NCBI GenBank assembly: GCA_038850275.1
Contig: JAWCLZ010000006.1
Coordinates: 393 to 64,392, forward strand
Length of the DNA stretch: 64,000 nt
DNA from: Methanocellales archaeon
GTDB lineage: Archaea; Halobacteriota; JAWCLZ01
Direction: 5' to 3'
The position numbers and the translations under genes are program-made. Below, piece by piece: positions 49,413 through 59,612 of the stretch. Position 1 is the first letter of the stretch, and every line of letters starts with the position of its first letter. The notes under the pieces are model-generated. The model did not search any database. It was not told the DNA's origin and saw only the letters and a program-made list of their open reading frames with translations.

Positions 49413-49883
49413 CTAGGATTTCTTCCACTCTTGCTTGGAAAGCCATTCTTGGAATTCTTCATATTGAGCTAGAAATCGACTCATTTCAATCGCTGCTTTT
49501 TCTTTATCAACTTCTCTGATTATATCTCTGATTGAAATTACGCCGACTGGGAATAGATCGCTCTCTTGATAAAAAACATAGAGCTTGCGTTTTTTCTTAT
49601 CCCGCATTATTTTTAATACTTCATCTAAGGTTGTCTCAGGGGTTATCTTCACATCTACCTTCCTCATAACCTCCTTTGCAAGGGTTTTCTCAACGAGTTT
49701 CTTGCCGAAGATCTTAATGATATCGTTGTCTTCCACCACTCCAGCGATTTTTTTAGTGGGGTCAAAAACATATACCCCGTGGATTCCCTCTTCCACCATT
49801 ATCCTCGCTATATCGCTAAGCTTGGTATCTGGTGAGACTGAAACAACGCCTCTTGACATTATATCTTTTGCTTTCTTAGTCAT
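49413..49883 (-). CDS. CBS-pair protein with C-terminal helix
   Basis: AKDIMSRGVVSVSPD, AKEVM and VGVISIRDII motifs. Confidence 0.9.
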   Translation of the reverse strand: MTKKAKDIMSRGVVSVSPDTKLSDIARIMVEEGIHGVYVFDPTKKIAGVVEDNDIIKIFGKKLVEKTLAKEVMRKVDVKITPETTLDEVLKIMRDKKKRKLYVFYQESDLFPVGVISIRDIIREVDKEKAAIEMSRFLAQYEEFQEWLSKQEWKKS

Positions 49884-50299
49884 TTCCTTCTACCCTCTTT
49901 AAGCGAAGTTTCCCTAGCGAGTTCTAGGAGAATATCTGTTACGGAGAGCACGCCGATTGGAAGCTTGTCCTTTAAATCGTTGAAGACAAATAGTCTTCGA
50001 ACCTTTTTAATGCGCATTAAATTCACTGCTTCCTCCAAAGTGGTATCCTTGGTTATGCCTATGATTTTTTTGCTCATTACCTCTCTTGCTTTAACCTTCT
50101 CGAGCTTTTTCTTCCCAACTACTTTTAGAATATCATTATCGCTAACTACTCCTCTACTTCCAGTTCTAGGGTCATAGATGTATACACTTGATATATTTCG
50201 GGAATACATCTTCCTAGCAATTTCATCCAACCAAGCATCAGGCGGGAAGGAAAGCACCCCAGTTGTCATTACATCAACCACATCTTTTCTAACAACCAT
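49880..50299 (-). CDS. CBS-pair protein
   Basis: DVMTTGV, AREVMSK and IGVLSVTDIL motifs. Confidence 0.9.
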   Translation of the reverse strand: MVVRKDVVDVMTTGVLSFPPDAWLDEIARKMYSRNISSVYIYDPRTGSRGVVSDNDILKVVGKKKLEKVKAREVMSKKIIGITKDTTLEEAVNLMRIKKVRRLFVFNDLKDKLPIGVLSVTDILLELARETSLKEGRRK

Positions 50300-50371
50300 T
50301 TTCGTTCCCCTTTACAACACGATATTTGACATTAATGATTAATACTTACAATATTAATATTTTTGCTAGGG

Positions 50372-50809
50372 ATGCAAGAACTTTATATCAGGCAATTTAA
50401 GTTAATTGACCTAGAGAGAATATATGAAATAGAGTGCGCCTCCTTCGAGTATCCATGGGCAAAAGCAGACTTCGCCTATTATTACCTCTCTGCAGATGGG
50501 TTCTTCGTTGCAGTGATGAATAATTTCATTGTAGGATTCATAGTAGCTGAGATTCCATTCCCGAGTACAGGCCATATACTCAATTTAGCTGTAGATCCTA
50601 AATACCGCCGCCTTGGGATAGGTAGTTCTCTTGTAAATCACGTGACTAAATGGTTTAAAGGCAAGGGGGTTAAGAAGATGTGGCTCGAGGTCAGAGTATC
50701 AAATATTGGCGCTAGAGCATTTTACAAAAAACTTGGGTTCAAGGAGGAAAGAATTTTAAGGAATTACTATTACACTGAAGATGCAATTTTAATGGTAAAA
50801 GAAATCTAA
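50372..50809 (+). CDS. rimI: RimI/Ard1-type GNAT N-acetyltransferase
   Basis: IECASFEYPW, HILNLAVDPKYRRLGIG, LEVRVSN and YY..EDAILM motifs. Confidence 0.88.
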   Translation: MQELYIRQFKLIDLERIYEIECASFEYPWAKADFAYYYLSADGFFVAVMNNFIVGFIVAEIPFPSTGHILNLAVDPKYRRLGIGSSLVNHVTKWFKGKGVKKMWLEVRVSNIGARAFYKKLGFKEERILRNYYYTEDAILMVKEI

Positions 50810-50819
50810 TGAGAAGGAT

Positions 50820-51866
50820 CTAATCTGGAAGGACGAAAATCCCCATCGATGTTTTAACAATGGAGATCTCGGTGCCATTTATTGCCTTTAAAAATTTCGG
50901 GCGTGAAAGATAAACTGGGGAAAACGTATCAGGATCGAGGATTTGAATCTCAGTTTCGCTTGCTGCTGTGAGCACAGTTTTTTTCTTATCAGCTATTGAG
51001 CCAATTTTAACAACATTCTTAAGTTCATCAATCTTCTTACAATATCTAGCACCAGTTCTCAGATCTATGCCGTTGATTTTTTTATCTATCTTTTTCACTT
51101 CCACTACATCTCCACCTATAGCTACAATATCCCCTTTTAAAAACTCTGGAAGTCGAATGGAGTAAGTAATTCTATAAACCTCTTTCCCATCTCTCCTCCC
51201 CATCAATTTAGGGGATTGAGATAGTTTACCTCCCATTTGCTCAATAATTGCTTTTGAAATTTGCTTGCCAGCTGCGAGGGTGCCAATGTATATATCAAGT
51301 CCTTCTGCTACTTCTTTTTCATCACTGATGAAAGCCATTTCATCACCATTTTGCTGAAGCTTTTGAATTGCTTCAAAGGCAATTCCCCTAGCGCGAGCAA
51401 GTTCTTCCTTAGTTGGTATTCTTCCCTCCCCGCGAATTTGAATTATAGCACTGTAATATCCAGCGGCAATTCTACTGCATCTCTCACAGACATCTCGCTT
51501 CACACGTACGGTTATGTTGATGAGGTCAGTTACTCTTTTATCCTTCAAATCAGCGGTAATTCTAACATCTGCCTTCCAATTATAGCTATCAATCCTCTCA
51601 GGGTATATTTCAATCTGAGGGTTCCTAGCTTCGCTATCTATCTTTAATTCCTCTTTAACTGCTTCTTCGATGGCTTTCCTCGAACTCATTTCCCTCCACT
51701 TGCCCATTCTATAAATAGCATTGCATTTAGGGCAAATTTTTATCTCAATCAAACTCGGCGCTTTTATGAGCTTTTTTTGAGCAAGATAGCAAGCAGCACA
51801 TATTCCTAAGCCATCATATGGTTTTCCACACTTAGGGCAAAATCTTGTCCTAATCATCGCAATCAA
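50820..51866 (-). CDS. nmd3: NMD3-family ribosome-associated protein
   Basis: FCPKCG..CAAC, ICPKC and CERCSRIAAGYYSAIIQIR motifs. Confidence 0.9.
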   Translation of the reverse strand: MIAMIRTRFCPKCGKPYDGLGICAACYLAQKKLIKAPSLIEIKICPKCNAIYRMGKWREMSSRKAIEEAVKEELKIDSEARNPQIEIYPERIDSYNWKADVRITADLKDKRVTDLINITVRVKRDVCERCSRIAAGYYSAIIQIRGEGRIPTKEELARARGIAFEAIQKLQQNGDEMAFISDEKEVAEGLDIYIGTLAAGKQISKAIIEQMGGKLSQSPKLMGRRDGKEVYRITYSIRLPEFLKGDIVAIGGDVVEVKKIDKKINGIDLRTGARYCKKIDELKNVVKIGSIADKKKTVLTAASETEIQILDPDTFSPVYLSRPKFLKAINGTEISIVKTSMGIFVLPD

Positions 51867-51868
51867 GT

Positions 51869-52159
51869 TTATAAATGATAAATCTGCGCGTGGGGAATGC
51901 CATTTATCCAGATCACATTTTGTTTCTCAACTAAACCATTTTCAATAGCGCACGTAACAGCTTTCTTCCCGAATAGATTCGCAACGGTTGCACTTTCAAG
52001 CGCTTCAATAACTTCTCTAGCAGTGGCAATCTTACCCTTATAGAATCGCTCTGAAATCTCGATTTCCAATTCTCCCTCGCAAATTTTCGTCCCGAGTATC
52101 TCTTTATCGCATACCGCTACTAAGATATGTCCGTGAGTCTTATGAATTTTTAAATACAT
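51869..52159 (-). CDS. DUF424 family protein
   Basis: LVAVCDKEILG, FYKG, ANLFG and GIPHAQ motifs; typical neighbour of NMD3. Confidence 0.88.
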   Translation of the reverse strand: MYLKIHKTHGHILVAVCDKEILGTKICEGELEIEISERFYKGKIATAREVIEALESATVANLFGKKAVTCAIENGLVEKQNVIWINGIPHAQIYHL

Positions 52160-52286
52160 CTTGAAGTATTTTATCCTTCGATCTATATATAAGCTGTTAT
52201 AGAGAACCAATATTTAATTTTGGACACAATGGCGGTTTCGATAGTAATATTGTGGATTTTAAATTTAACTCTAAATTTGATTTTGA

Positions 52287-52400
52287 TGCGGGGAGTGAGA
52301 TTTGAACTCACGAACCCCTACGGGACAGGGTCCTAAGCCCTGCGCCTTTAGTCAAGAGGAATAGAATTCCCCCTCATTGACCTGGCTTGGCAATCCCCGC
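52287..52400 (-). tRNA. tRNA-Leu(TAG) with a 29-nt D-loop intron (52348-52376, position 21/22)
   Basis: Reverse strand reads GCGGGGATTGCCAAGCCAGGTCAA[tgagggggaattctattcctcttgactaa]AGGCGCAGGGCTTAGGACCCTG, then a long variable arm and GTTCAAATC...CTCCCCGCA. Confidence 0.92.
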
Positions 52401-52440
52401 GCAAAATTAAAATATATTACTGCAGAATAAAAAGATATCT

Positions 52441-52542
52441 CTATATTAATCCCTTTTTCCAGAATAAAGCGAGCATCGTGATTATTGCAATCAATATTAA
52501 AATTGCGAGCAATATTTTATAGTAAGTTTCACTATCCATCAT
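52441..52542 (-). CDS. Putative 33-aa single-TM peptide
   Basis: Manual translation MMDSETYYKILLAILILIAIITMLALFWKKGLI*. Confidence 0.4.
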   Translation of the reverse strand: MMDSETYYKILLAILILIAIITMLALFWKKGLI

Positions 52543-52608
52543 TTAAACTCTTTATTACTTATTTTTATACTTTTATTTTTTTATTTCTCTTTTCTTATCT
52601 TTATTTCT

Positions 52609-54264
52609 CTACTTCAAAATTCCACCTTCACTTGCGGAGCTAACGCTTCTCGCATATCTCTGGAGATATCCCTTCAATTCACGCACAGGAGGCTTCCATT
52701 TTTTTTGCCTCGCAGCAATTTCATTTAAGCTTATTTTTAATTCAATTTTCCTCTTGGGAATATCGATGGAAATGATATCCCCGTCTTCCACGAGTGCAAT
52801 CAATCCGCCATCCATAGCTTCAGGTGAGACATGACCTATACATGGACCTCTGGTGCCGCCGGAGAATCTTCCATCAGTTATGAGAGCAACCGAATCGCTC
52901 AATCCCATTCCAGCTATTGCTGAGGTTGGAGTGAGCATCTCAGGCATTCCAGGAGCGCCTTTTAAGCCAACATAGCGTATTACCACAACGCTACCTTTTT
53001 GGATCTCTCCATTTATAATTGCTTTAATAGCTGCTTCTTCTGAGTCGAATACCCTCGCTCTTCCCTCGAATTTAAGCATTTTTTGATCCACAGCTGCAGT
53101 TTTAACCACTGCTCCCTTCTCTGCAAGATTTCCATATAATATTGATATTCCACCAGTTTTACTATAAGGTCTATCAAGCGGCCTAATGATTTCTTCATTA
53201 TAGATCTCTGCTTGATCAGCGATTTCATAAATTGTTTTACCACTAACTGTTTTTTCATTGCTTAGAAGCTCCCTGGCTCGCTTTAAAATCGCTGGTACCC
53301 CACCTGCTTCATCTAGATCTTTCATGGTATATTCCCCTGCTGGATTTAGCCTGCATATATTTGGCGTTTTATTGCTTATGCTTTCAAATAGATCAAGCGG
53401 GAGCTCAATATTCATTTCATTTGCAATCGCGGGGAGATGGAGAACTGTATTCGTGGATCCGCCGATCAGCATATCAACTGTTATGGCATTTTCAAATGAT
53501 TTCTTATTTACAATTTGACTTGGAGTTATATTTGCCTTAGCGAGTTCGACTACCCGCTTTCCACTTTCCCTCGCGATCTCCCTCTTTTTAGCGCTTACAG
53601 CGCTAGTTGTTGCAGAGTAAGGCAGCGATAAGCCAAGTACTTCAGTTAGGATTTGCATGGTATTTGCAGTGTAAAGCCCTTGGCAGCTACCACAGGTGGG
53701 ACAAGCTCTTTCCTCGATAAGCTTGAGCTCTGCCTCGCTTATTTCCCCGCTTAATACTCTGCCAACTCCTTCGAAGACTGAGAGAAGTGTTAGCTCTTTT
53801 CCTTTAAATTTACCTGGTAGCATAGGGCCTCCTGTTATGAAAATCGCTGGTATATTTAATCTAAGTGCAGCCATTAGCATTCCTGGGACAATTTTGTCGC
53901 AGGAGCAAATGCAAACTAGGCCATCGAAACAGTGAGCTTGAACCATGAGTTCAATGGAATCAGCAATGACTTCTCTCGATGGAAGGGAATATTTCATTCC
54001 GCTGTGTCCCATTGCTATACCGTCACATATCCCAATTGTTCCAAATTCAAATGGCACCCCTCCGGCGAGGCGTATACCAACTTTTACATTTTCTGCGAGT
54101 TCCCTAAGATGAAAGTGCCCGGGAACAGCTTCATTCCAAGAATTTGCTATGCCAATGAAGGGGAGGTCGAATTCCTCTGCTGTTATGCCACTCGACTTGA
54201 GCAATGCGCGATGGGGAGCGCGAATTAAGCCTTTTTTAATTATATCACTTCGCATGTTAATCAC
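52609..54264 (-). CDS. ilvD: Dihydroxy-acid dehydratase
   Basis: [33 protein letters not shown] and TDGRFSG motifs. Confidence 0.97.
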   Translation of the reverse strand: MINMRSDIIKKGLIRAPHRALLKSSGITAEEFDLPFIGIANSWNEAVPGHFHLRELAENVKVGIRLAGGVPFEFGTIGICDGIAMGHSGMKYSLPSREVIADSIELMVQAHCFDGLVCICSCDKIVPGMLMAALRLNIPAIFITGGPMLPGKFKGKELTLLSVFEGVGRVLSGEISEAELKLIEERACPTCGSCQGLYTANTMQILTEVLGLSLPYSATTSAVSAKKREIARESGKRVVELAKANITPSQIVNKKSFENAITVDMLIGGSTNTVLHLPAIANEMNIELPLDLFESISNKTPNICRLNPAGEYTMKDLDEAGGVPAILKRARELLSNEKTVSGKTIYEIADQAEIYNEEIIRPLDRPYSKTGGISILYGNLAEKGAVVKTAAVDQKMLKFEGRARVFDSEEAAIKAIINGEIQKGSVVVIRYVGLKGAPGMPEMLTPTSAIAGMGLSDSVALITDGRFSGGTRGPCIGHVSPEAMDGGLIALVEDGDIISIDIPKRKIELKISLNEIAARQKKWKPPVRELKGYLQRYARSVSSASEGGILK

Positions 54265-54352
54265 CTAAGACCTTAAGAGTATAAAAAATATTACCGTCAA
54301 CTTTTTATAGAACCATAAACCAATTTCTCTTAGTTACGCAATTTTAGGAGGG

Positions 54353-55990
54353 ATGCATTTGGCGAATCAACAGGTACAACCAATTATAATTTTGAAAGAA
54401 GGAAGTCAGAGAACTCGTGGTAGAGAAGCACAGAGTATGAATATTCTCGCTGCCAAAACAGTTGCGCAGGCTGTTCGCACTACTCTTGGTCCAAGGGGCA
54501 TGGATAAAATGCTCGTTGATAGCATGGGCGATGTTGTGATCACAAATGATGGTGCTACGATTTTGAAGGAAATGGATATAGAGCACCCTGCAGCGAAGAT
54601 GATGGTTGAAATCGCTAAAACACAAGATGAAGAAGCTGGAGATGGCACAACCACAGCAGTCGTACTAGCAGGCGAACTACTCACAAAAGCAGAAGAACTA
54701 TTGAATCAAGAGATCCACCCAACAGTCGTAGTATCTGGCTATCAAATGGCGGCTCAAAAGGCTCAAGAAATTCTTAGCAGCATTGCAATCCCAGTGTCTG
54801 AGGAGGATGAGGATCTCCTGAAGAAAATTGCCATAACTGCTATGAGCAGCAAAGGGACTCAAGCAGCAAGCGAGAAACTCGCTGAGTTAAGCGTTCAAGC
54901 TGTGAAGAAAGTAGCTGAGAGAGATGGAGATAAGATCAAAGTGGACATCGATAACATTAAAATTGAAAAGGTAATGGGAGCTGGAATAGCAGATTCTCAG
55001 CTTATTGATGGACTAATTATAGATAAAGAAAGAGCGCATCCAGGCATGCCTAAGCTAGTGAAAAATGCAAAGATAGCTTTAATTGGAGAGGCTCTAGAGC
55101 ATAAAAAAACAGAGGTCGATGCTGAGATTTCAATTACTTCTCCTGAACAGCTGAAGGCATTCTTGGATGAAGAAGAAAAAATGCTCAAGAACAAAGTCGA
55201 GAAAATCAAGCAATGCGGTGCAAATGTACTGGTATGTCAGAAAGACATAGATGATATAGCTAAGCACTACTTAGCTAAAGCAGGTATCTATGCGATTAAG
55301 CAAGTTAAGAAGAGTGATATGGAAAAACTTGCAAAAGCAAGTGGAGGAAAAATAATTCAAACAGTTGGAGAACTCAGGGAAAGCGACCTAGGGCAGGCTG
55401 AAATTGTTGAGGAAAGAAAGATAGGGGATAAGACTTTAACATTCATAGAAAAATGTAAGAACCCAAGGGCAGTTTCCTTGCTATTGCGGGGAGGCACGGA
55501 GCACGTTGTAGATGAAACTGAGAGAGCAGTTCACGATGCACTTCGCGTAGTTGGCGTAACATTAGAGGATAGAAAAATCGTCGCAGGAGGAGGTGCTCCA
55601 GAGATCGAGGTTGCACTGCGCCTTAGGAATTATGCTGCAACTGTGGGTGGGAGGCAGCAGCTTGCAATTGAAGCCTTTGCAAGTGCAATGGAGATAATTC
55701 CACGCTCTCTAGCTGAAAACGCTGGTTTGGATCCCATTGATATCTTAGTTGAACTTCGATCTCAGCACGAGCGAGGGAATAAAACCGCTGGACTCGATGT
55801 ATTCACAGGCAAAGTCGTTGACATGCTTAAAGAGGGAGTTGTAGAACCCCTGAAGGTAAAAACTCAAGCGATAAGCTTGGCTTCTGAAGCTGCTACGATG
55901 ATTTTGAGGATAGATGATATCATATCTGCTAAGGGAATTAAACCACAGACACCCCCAGCTCCAGAGCCAAGTGAAGTACCCCAAATGTAG
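54353..55990 (+). CDS. ths: Thermosome (group II chaperonin) subunit
   Basis: [25 protein letters not shown] and GGGAPE motifs. Confidence 0.97.
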   Translation: MHLANQQVQPIIILKEGSQRTRGREAQSMNILAAKTVAQAVRTTLGPRGMDKMLVDSMGDVVITNDGATILKEMDIEHPAAKMMVEIAKTQDEEAGDGTTTAVVLAGELLTKAEELLNQEIHPTVVVSGYQMAAQKAQEILSSIAIPVSEEDEDLLKKIAITAMSSKGTQAASEKLAELSVQAVKKVAERDGDKIKVDIDNIKIEKVMGAGIADSQLIDGLIIDKERAHPGMPKLVKNAKIALIGEALEHKKTEVDAEISITSPEQLKAFLDEEEKMLKNKVEKIKQCGANVLVCQKDIDDIAKHYLAKAGIYAIKQVKKSDMEKLAKASGGKIIQTVGELRESDLGQAEIVEERKIGDKTLTFIEKCKNPRAVSLLLRGGTEHVVDETERAVHDALRVVGVTLEDRKIVAGGGAPEIEVALRLRNYAATVGGRQQLAIEAFASAMEIIPRSLAENAGLDPIDILVELRSQHERGNKTAGLDVFTGKVVDMLKEGVVEPLKVKTQAISLASEAATMILRIDDIISAKGIKPQTPPAPEPSEVPQM

Positions 55991-56003
55991 AGCGCTTTTA
56001 ACA

Positions 56004-57305
56004 ATGGAAGCAATGGTTAAATATGAACTAGCGATTAAAAACGGCAAGGTTTTTTTAAAAGATAAAATAATTCAAGCGGACATTGGCATTGAGAATGGCA
56101 AGATAGCTCGTGCAGCAAAAATTGTGGAGGGCTTTAAAGTTATAAATGCAAGTAAAATGCTCGTACTCCCTGGATCAATCGATGTACACGTTCATTTCAG
56201 AGAACCAGGTTTGACCCATAAAGAAGACTGGTACACTGGGTCTTGTGCAGCTGCAGCTGGAGGAGTAACCTCGGTTATAGATCAGCCAAATACCATCCCT
56301 CCAACTACCACTGCTAAAGCATTTAAGAAAAAGCTCAAACTAGCTAAGCAAAAATCAATCGTGGACTTCGGGATAAATGCAGGTGTGATTGAAAAATCAG
56401 AAATTGAGGAAATGTGGAAGCTTGGCGCTATTGCTTTTGGCGAGATCTTCCTAGCAGATTCCATGGCAGTGGATTACTCATTTTTAAATAGCGCTCTTGA
56501 AAGAATAGGTAAGCTGCAGGGACTAGCTTGTGTTCACGCTGAAGATAGTGGGCTGATAATGCAAAATCTCAAGAAATATAAAAACTTGACTCCCATTTCA
56601 TATTCCAGAGTTCGCTCCCCTAGATGCGAAGCACTAGCTATTCAAAGAGTACTGGGTTTATATGAAAAATTGAAGATTAAACCAAGGCTTCACATCTGCC
56701 ACCTCAGCACTAAGCTGGGTTTAAAATTATTAAAGCAGAGTAGTTGCACTGCCGAAGTTACACCCCACCATCTGCTTCTGAATCTAAAGGACTGCAATCG
56801 CTTGGGGAATTTAGCAAAAGTAAATCCACCATTGAGAAGCAAGGTAGATCAGCTTGCAGTCTTGCGCGCATTCATTAAAGGAGAGGTATCAATACTTGCT
56901 TCCGATCACGCTCCTCATTTACCTATTGAAAAGCAGGATTTATGTAGCTCTCCATCGGGCATGCCTGGAGTTGAAACTATGATACCGCTTTTACTGGCCT
57001 TGGTTAAGAAAAGACTTATCCCCCTTGAAAAACTTGTTAATGCAGCCTCAAAAAATCCAGCTAGGATATTCAAAATCAAAAATAAGGGTGAAATCAAACC
57101 TGGGATGGATGCGGATTTACTAATTACAGATTTAAAACCAATGAAGATAAAAGCAAAGAGGCTACATAGCAAGTGCAACTGGACCCCATTTGAGGGCTTT
57201 GAAGCAATTTTCCCAAAGCTAACGCTTTTGCGGGGCGAGGTAATTTTCCAAGGAAATGTAACTTGCGAGAGGGGATTTGGAAGAATTTTAATGCGAAATG
57301 ATTAA
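56004..57305 (+). CDS. pyrC: Dihydroorotase
   Basis: DVHVHFREPG, AAAGGVT, HAED, EVTPHHL, KVNPPLR and ASDHAPH motifs; start ATG 56004 or 56013. Confidence 0.9.
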   Translation: MEAMVKYELAIKNGKVFLKDKIIQADIGIENGKIARAAKIVEGFKVINASKMLVLPGSIDVHVHFREPGLTHKEDWYTGSCAAAAGGVTSVIDQPNTIPPTTTAKAFKKKLKLAKQKSIVDFGINAGVIEKSEIEEMWKLGAIAFGEIFLADSMAVDYSFLNSALERIGKLQGLACVHAEDSGLIMQNLKKYKNLTPISYSRVRSPRCEALAIQRVLGLYEKLKIKPRLHICHLSTKLGLKLLKQSSCTAEVTPHHLLLNLKDCNRLGNLAKVNPPLRSKVDQLAVLRAFIKGEVSILASDHAPHLPIEKQDLCSSPSGMPGVETMIPLLLALVKKRLIPLEKLVNAASKNPARIFKIKNKGEIKPGMDADLLITDLKPMKIKAKRLHSKCNWTPFEGFEAIFPKLTLLRGEVIFQGNVTCERGFGRILMRND

Positions 57306-57332
57306 GGCATTGGAAATACAAGTTAGCCTCGG

Positions 57333-58151
57333 ATGAAGGTCATTTCCATCACTGGCTATAAAAACTCTGGCAAGACTGATTTAATAGTTAAATTAGTAGA
57401 AGCACTAAAGCGGAGAGGGAAAGTTGGCACGGTGAAGCATATGCATGCTTATCGCTTTGATAAAGAGGGAAGTGATACATATCGACATATGCAAGCAGGG
57501 GCAGATGTGGTTGTGGGCGTTACACCCTATGAACTTGTGAAGCTCACAAATGCAAATAATTTAAAGGCGGCTCTTGACGAACTAGCCAATGCTGGAGTGG
57601 ATTATGCAGTGGTGGAGGGCTTCAAAGATAGCTCGCTTCCTAAAATTGCAATTGGCGAAGTAAAAGCAGTAAATATTGTTAAAATCATAGATCCACGTGA
57701 AGACATAAACATAGATGAATTAGTAGAGCTTGTGGAGAGCCAGCGGGAATGGGTAACATTTAACTCACTTTTAAATAAGGTTAAAAAACATAGAGATATA
57801 GCTAAAGCAGGTGCAATTGCAACATTCACAGGTGTGGTGAGAGGAATAAATAAGGGAGTGAAGATAAAGGAACTTCAATTTGAGCATTACGAAGAAATGC
57901 TAGATATAAGTCTAGAGAAAATCAAGCAAACCCTTAAGAAGCGCGAGGGAATAGTTGAAGTGCTCATACATCATAAAACTGGAGTTATACCCGCTGGGGA
58001 AGACATCATTTATATAGTTGTAGCAGGTTCACATCGCAGAGAGGTATTCAAAGCTCTCAGCGACGCAATTGAAATGGTGAAAAGAGAAGCGCCAATCTGG
58101 AAAAAAGAAGTAACAGAGGAAGGAGAATACTGGGTTCAAGAGGTAGAATAA
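57333..58151 (+). CDS. moaE: MobB-MoaE fusion (molybdopterin synthase large subunit)
   Basis: N-terminal GYKNSGKT...VKH...VEGFK (MobB); C-terminal GAIATFTGVVR...HRREVF...PIWKKE (MoaE). Confidence 0.92.
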   Translation: MKVISITGYKNSGKTDLIVKLVEALKRRGKVGTVKHMHAYRFDKEGSDTYRHMQAGADVVVGVTPYELVKLTNANNLKAALDELANAGVDYAVVEGFKDSSLPKIAIGEVKAVNIVKIIDPREDINIDELVELVESQREWVTFNSLLNKVKKHRDIAKAGAIATFTGVVRGINKGVKIKELQFEHYEEMLDISLEKIKQTLKKREGIVEVLIHHKTGVIPAGEDIIYIVVAGSHRREVFKALSDAIEMVKREAPIWKKEVTEEGEYWVQEVE

Positions 58152-58153
58152 GA

Positions 58154-59482
58154 ATGAAGCGGCTGTTTGGCACAAATGGTGTTAGAGGAATAGCCAATGT
58201 CGATTTAACCCCAGAAATTGCACTCACGCTGGCAAAGAGCTATGGCAGCTTGCTGGAGTTAAACAATACAGTGGCAATTGGGAGAGACACTCGACTCTCC
58301 GGGGAAATGTTCAAGCACGCGGTTATCTCAGGCTTGCTTTCCACTGGCTGCAATGTCGTGGATGCAGGTATAGTTCCAATTCCAGCGCTGCAGTACTACG
58401 TTAGAGATAACGCAGATGGAGGAATTATGATCACTGCATCCCACAACCCTTGGGAATACAATGGGATTAAAATCATAGATAGAGATGGCACTGAGATAGG
58501 CAGCGACTTGGAGGAAAAAATCGAGGCACTTTACTATGCCTCTAATTTTAGAAATATAGAGTGGAATAAAATAGGAGCATTGAGAAATGCAGAGATCATT
58601 CAAAATTACATCAATGGAATTTTAAAGCTTGTAGATAGAGAGAAAATTGCAAGTGCAAAGCTTCGAGTTGCAGTGGATCTAGGCAATGGCGCTGGGTGCG
58701 TGGCAACTCCTAGATTGCTTCAGGAGCTAGGTGTCGAGGTAGTTTTATTAAACGCTGATCCAAAGCCAGTTTCACCAAAACGTGAGCCCGAGCCAAACAA
58801 GGCATCGCTTAAGGAGTTAATGGAACTCGTGGTATCAGCGAGGGCAGATTTTGGAGTAGCGCACGATGGCGATGCGGATAGAGCGGTATTCATAGATGAA
58901 AAAGGGGAATATGTTGAAGACGATGTAACTCTAGCCATCTTTGTCAAAAATACTCTTTCTAAAAAACCTGGACCTGTTGTTACACCCGTGAGTTCCTCTC
59001 AATGCATTGTTGATGTTGCTAATGAATTTGGAGTGAAAGTGGAGTGGACAAAAGTAGGAAGCATACACGTGGCAAGAAAGATGAAGGCAATAAATGCAGT
59101 TATAGGTGGAGAGGGAAATGGGGGTATAATTTTCCCAGAGCATCAATACTGCCGCGATGGCGCCATGGCAGTGGCAAGGATGTGCGAATTAGTCTCAGAG
59201 CAGAGACTATCTGAACTTGCGAGGCAAGTGCCTCGATATTACAATTTGAAAACAAAGGTGCGGTGTGAAGATAAAGAAGCAGTTATGCAGCATGTTAAAA
59301 GCAAGCTCACTGGTGAAATCATAGCTATAGATGGATTTAAAGCTTTCTATGACGATGGCTGGCTATTAATCCGTCCCTCTGGAACCGAGCCAATTATTCG
59401 AATCTTCGCAGAATCCAAGTCAATGGATAGAGCTAGAGAGCTTCTGGAGTATGGCTGCAGTTTGATTAAAAGCTACAGCTAG
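58154..59482 (+). CDS. glmM: Phosphoglucosamine mutase / phosphohexomutase
   Basis: LFGTNGVRG, ITASHNP, HDGDADR, GGEGNGG and RPSGTEP motifs. Confidence 0.88.
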   Translation: MKRLFGTNGVRGIANVDLTPEIALTLAKSYGSLLELNNTVAIGRDTRLSGEMFKHAVISGLLSTGCNVVDAGIVPIPALQYYVRDNADGGIMITASHNPWEYNGIKIIDRDGTEIGSDLEEKIEALYYASNFRNIEWNKIGALRNAEIIQNYINGILKLVDREKIASAKLRVAVDLGNGAGCVATPRLLQELGVEVVLLNADPKPVSPKREPEPNKASLKELMELVVSARADFGVAHDGDADRAVFIDEKGEYVEDDVTLAIFVKNTLSKKPGPVVTPVSSSQCIVDVANEFGVKVEWTKVGSIHVARKMKAINAVIGGEGNGGIIFPEHQYCRDGAMAVARMCELVSEQRLSELARQVPRYYNLKTKVRCEDKEAVMQHVKSKLTGEIIAIDGFKAFYDDGWLLIRPSGTEPIIRIFAESKSMDRARELLEYGCSLIKSYS

Positions 59483-59612
59483 ATAATAGATAATATGTTT
59501 CATTTCTCAAGCTGTATAACAATTTCATCCCATTTTCGCGTTCCTCTTTTATCGCATTTTATCGAAAATTTCAAGGGAATATAAATAATGGAAAGCAAAT
59601 ATCAAGGATTAT

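Noticed and set aside
57333-58151. MobB-MoaE fusion as a novelty
   Set aside because: This fusion is already known in euryarchaea.
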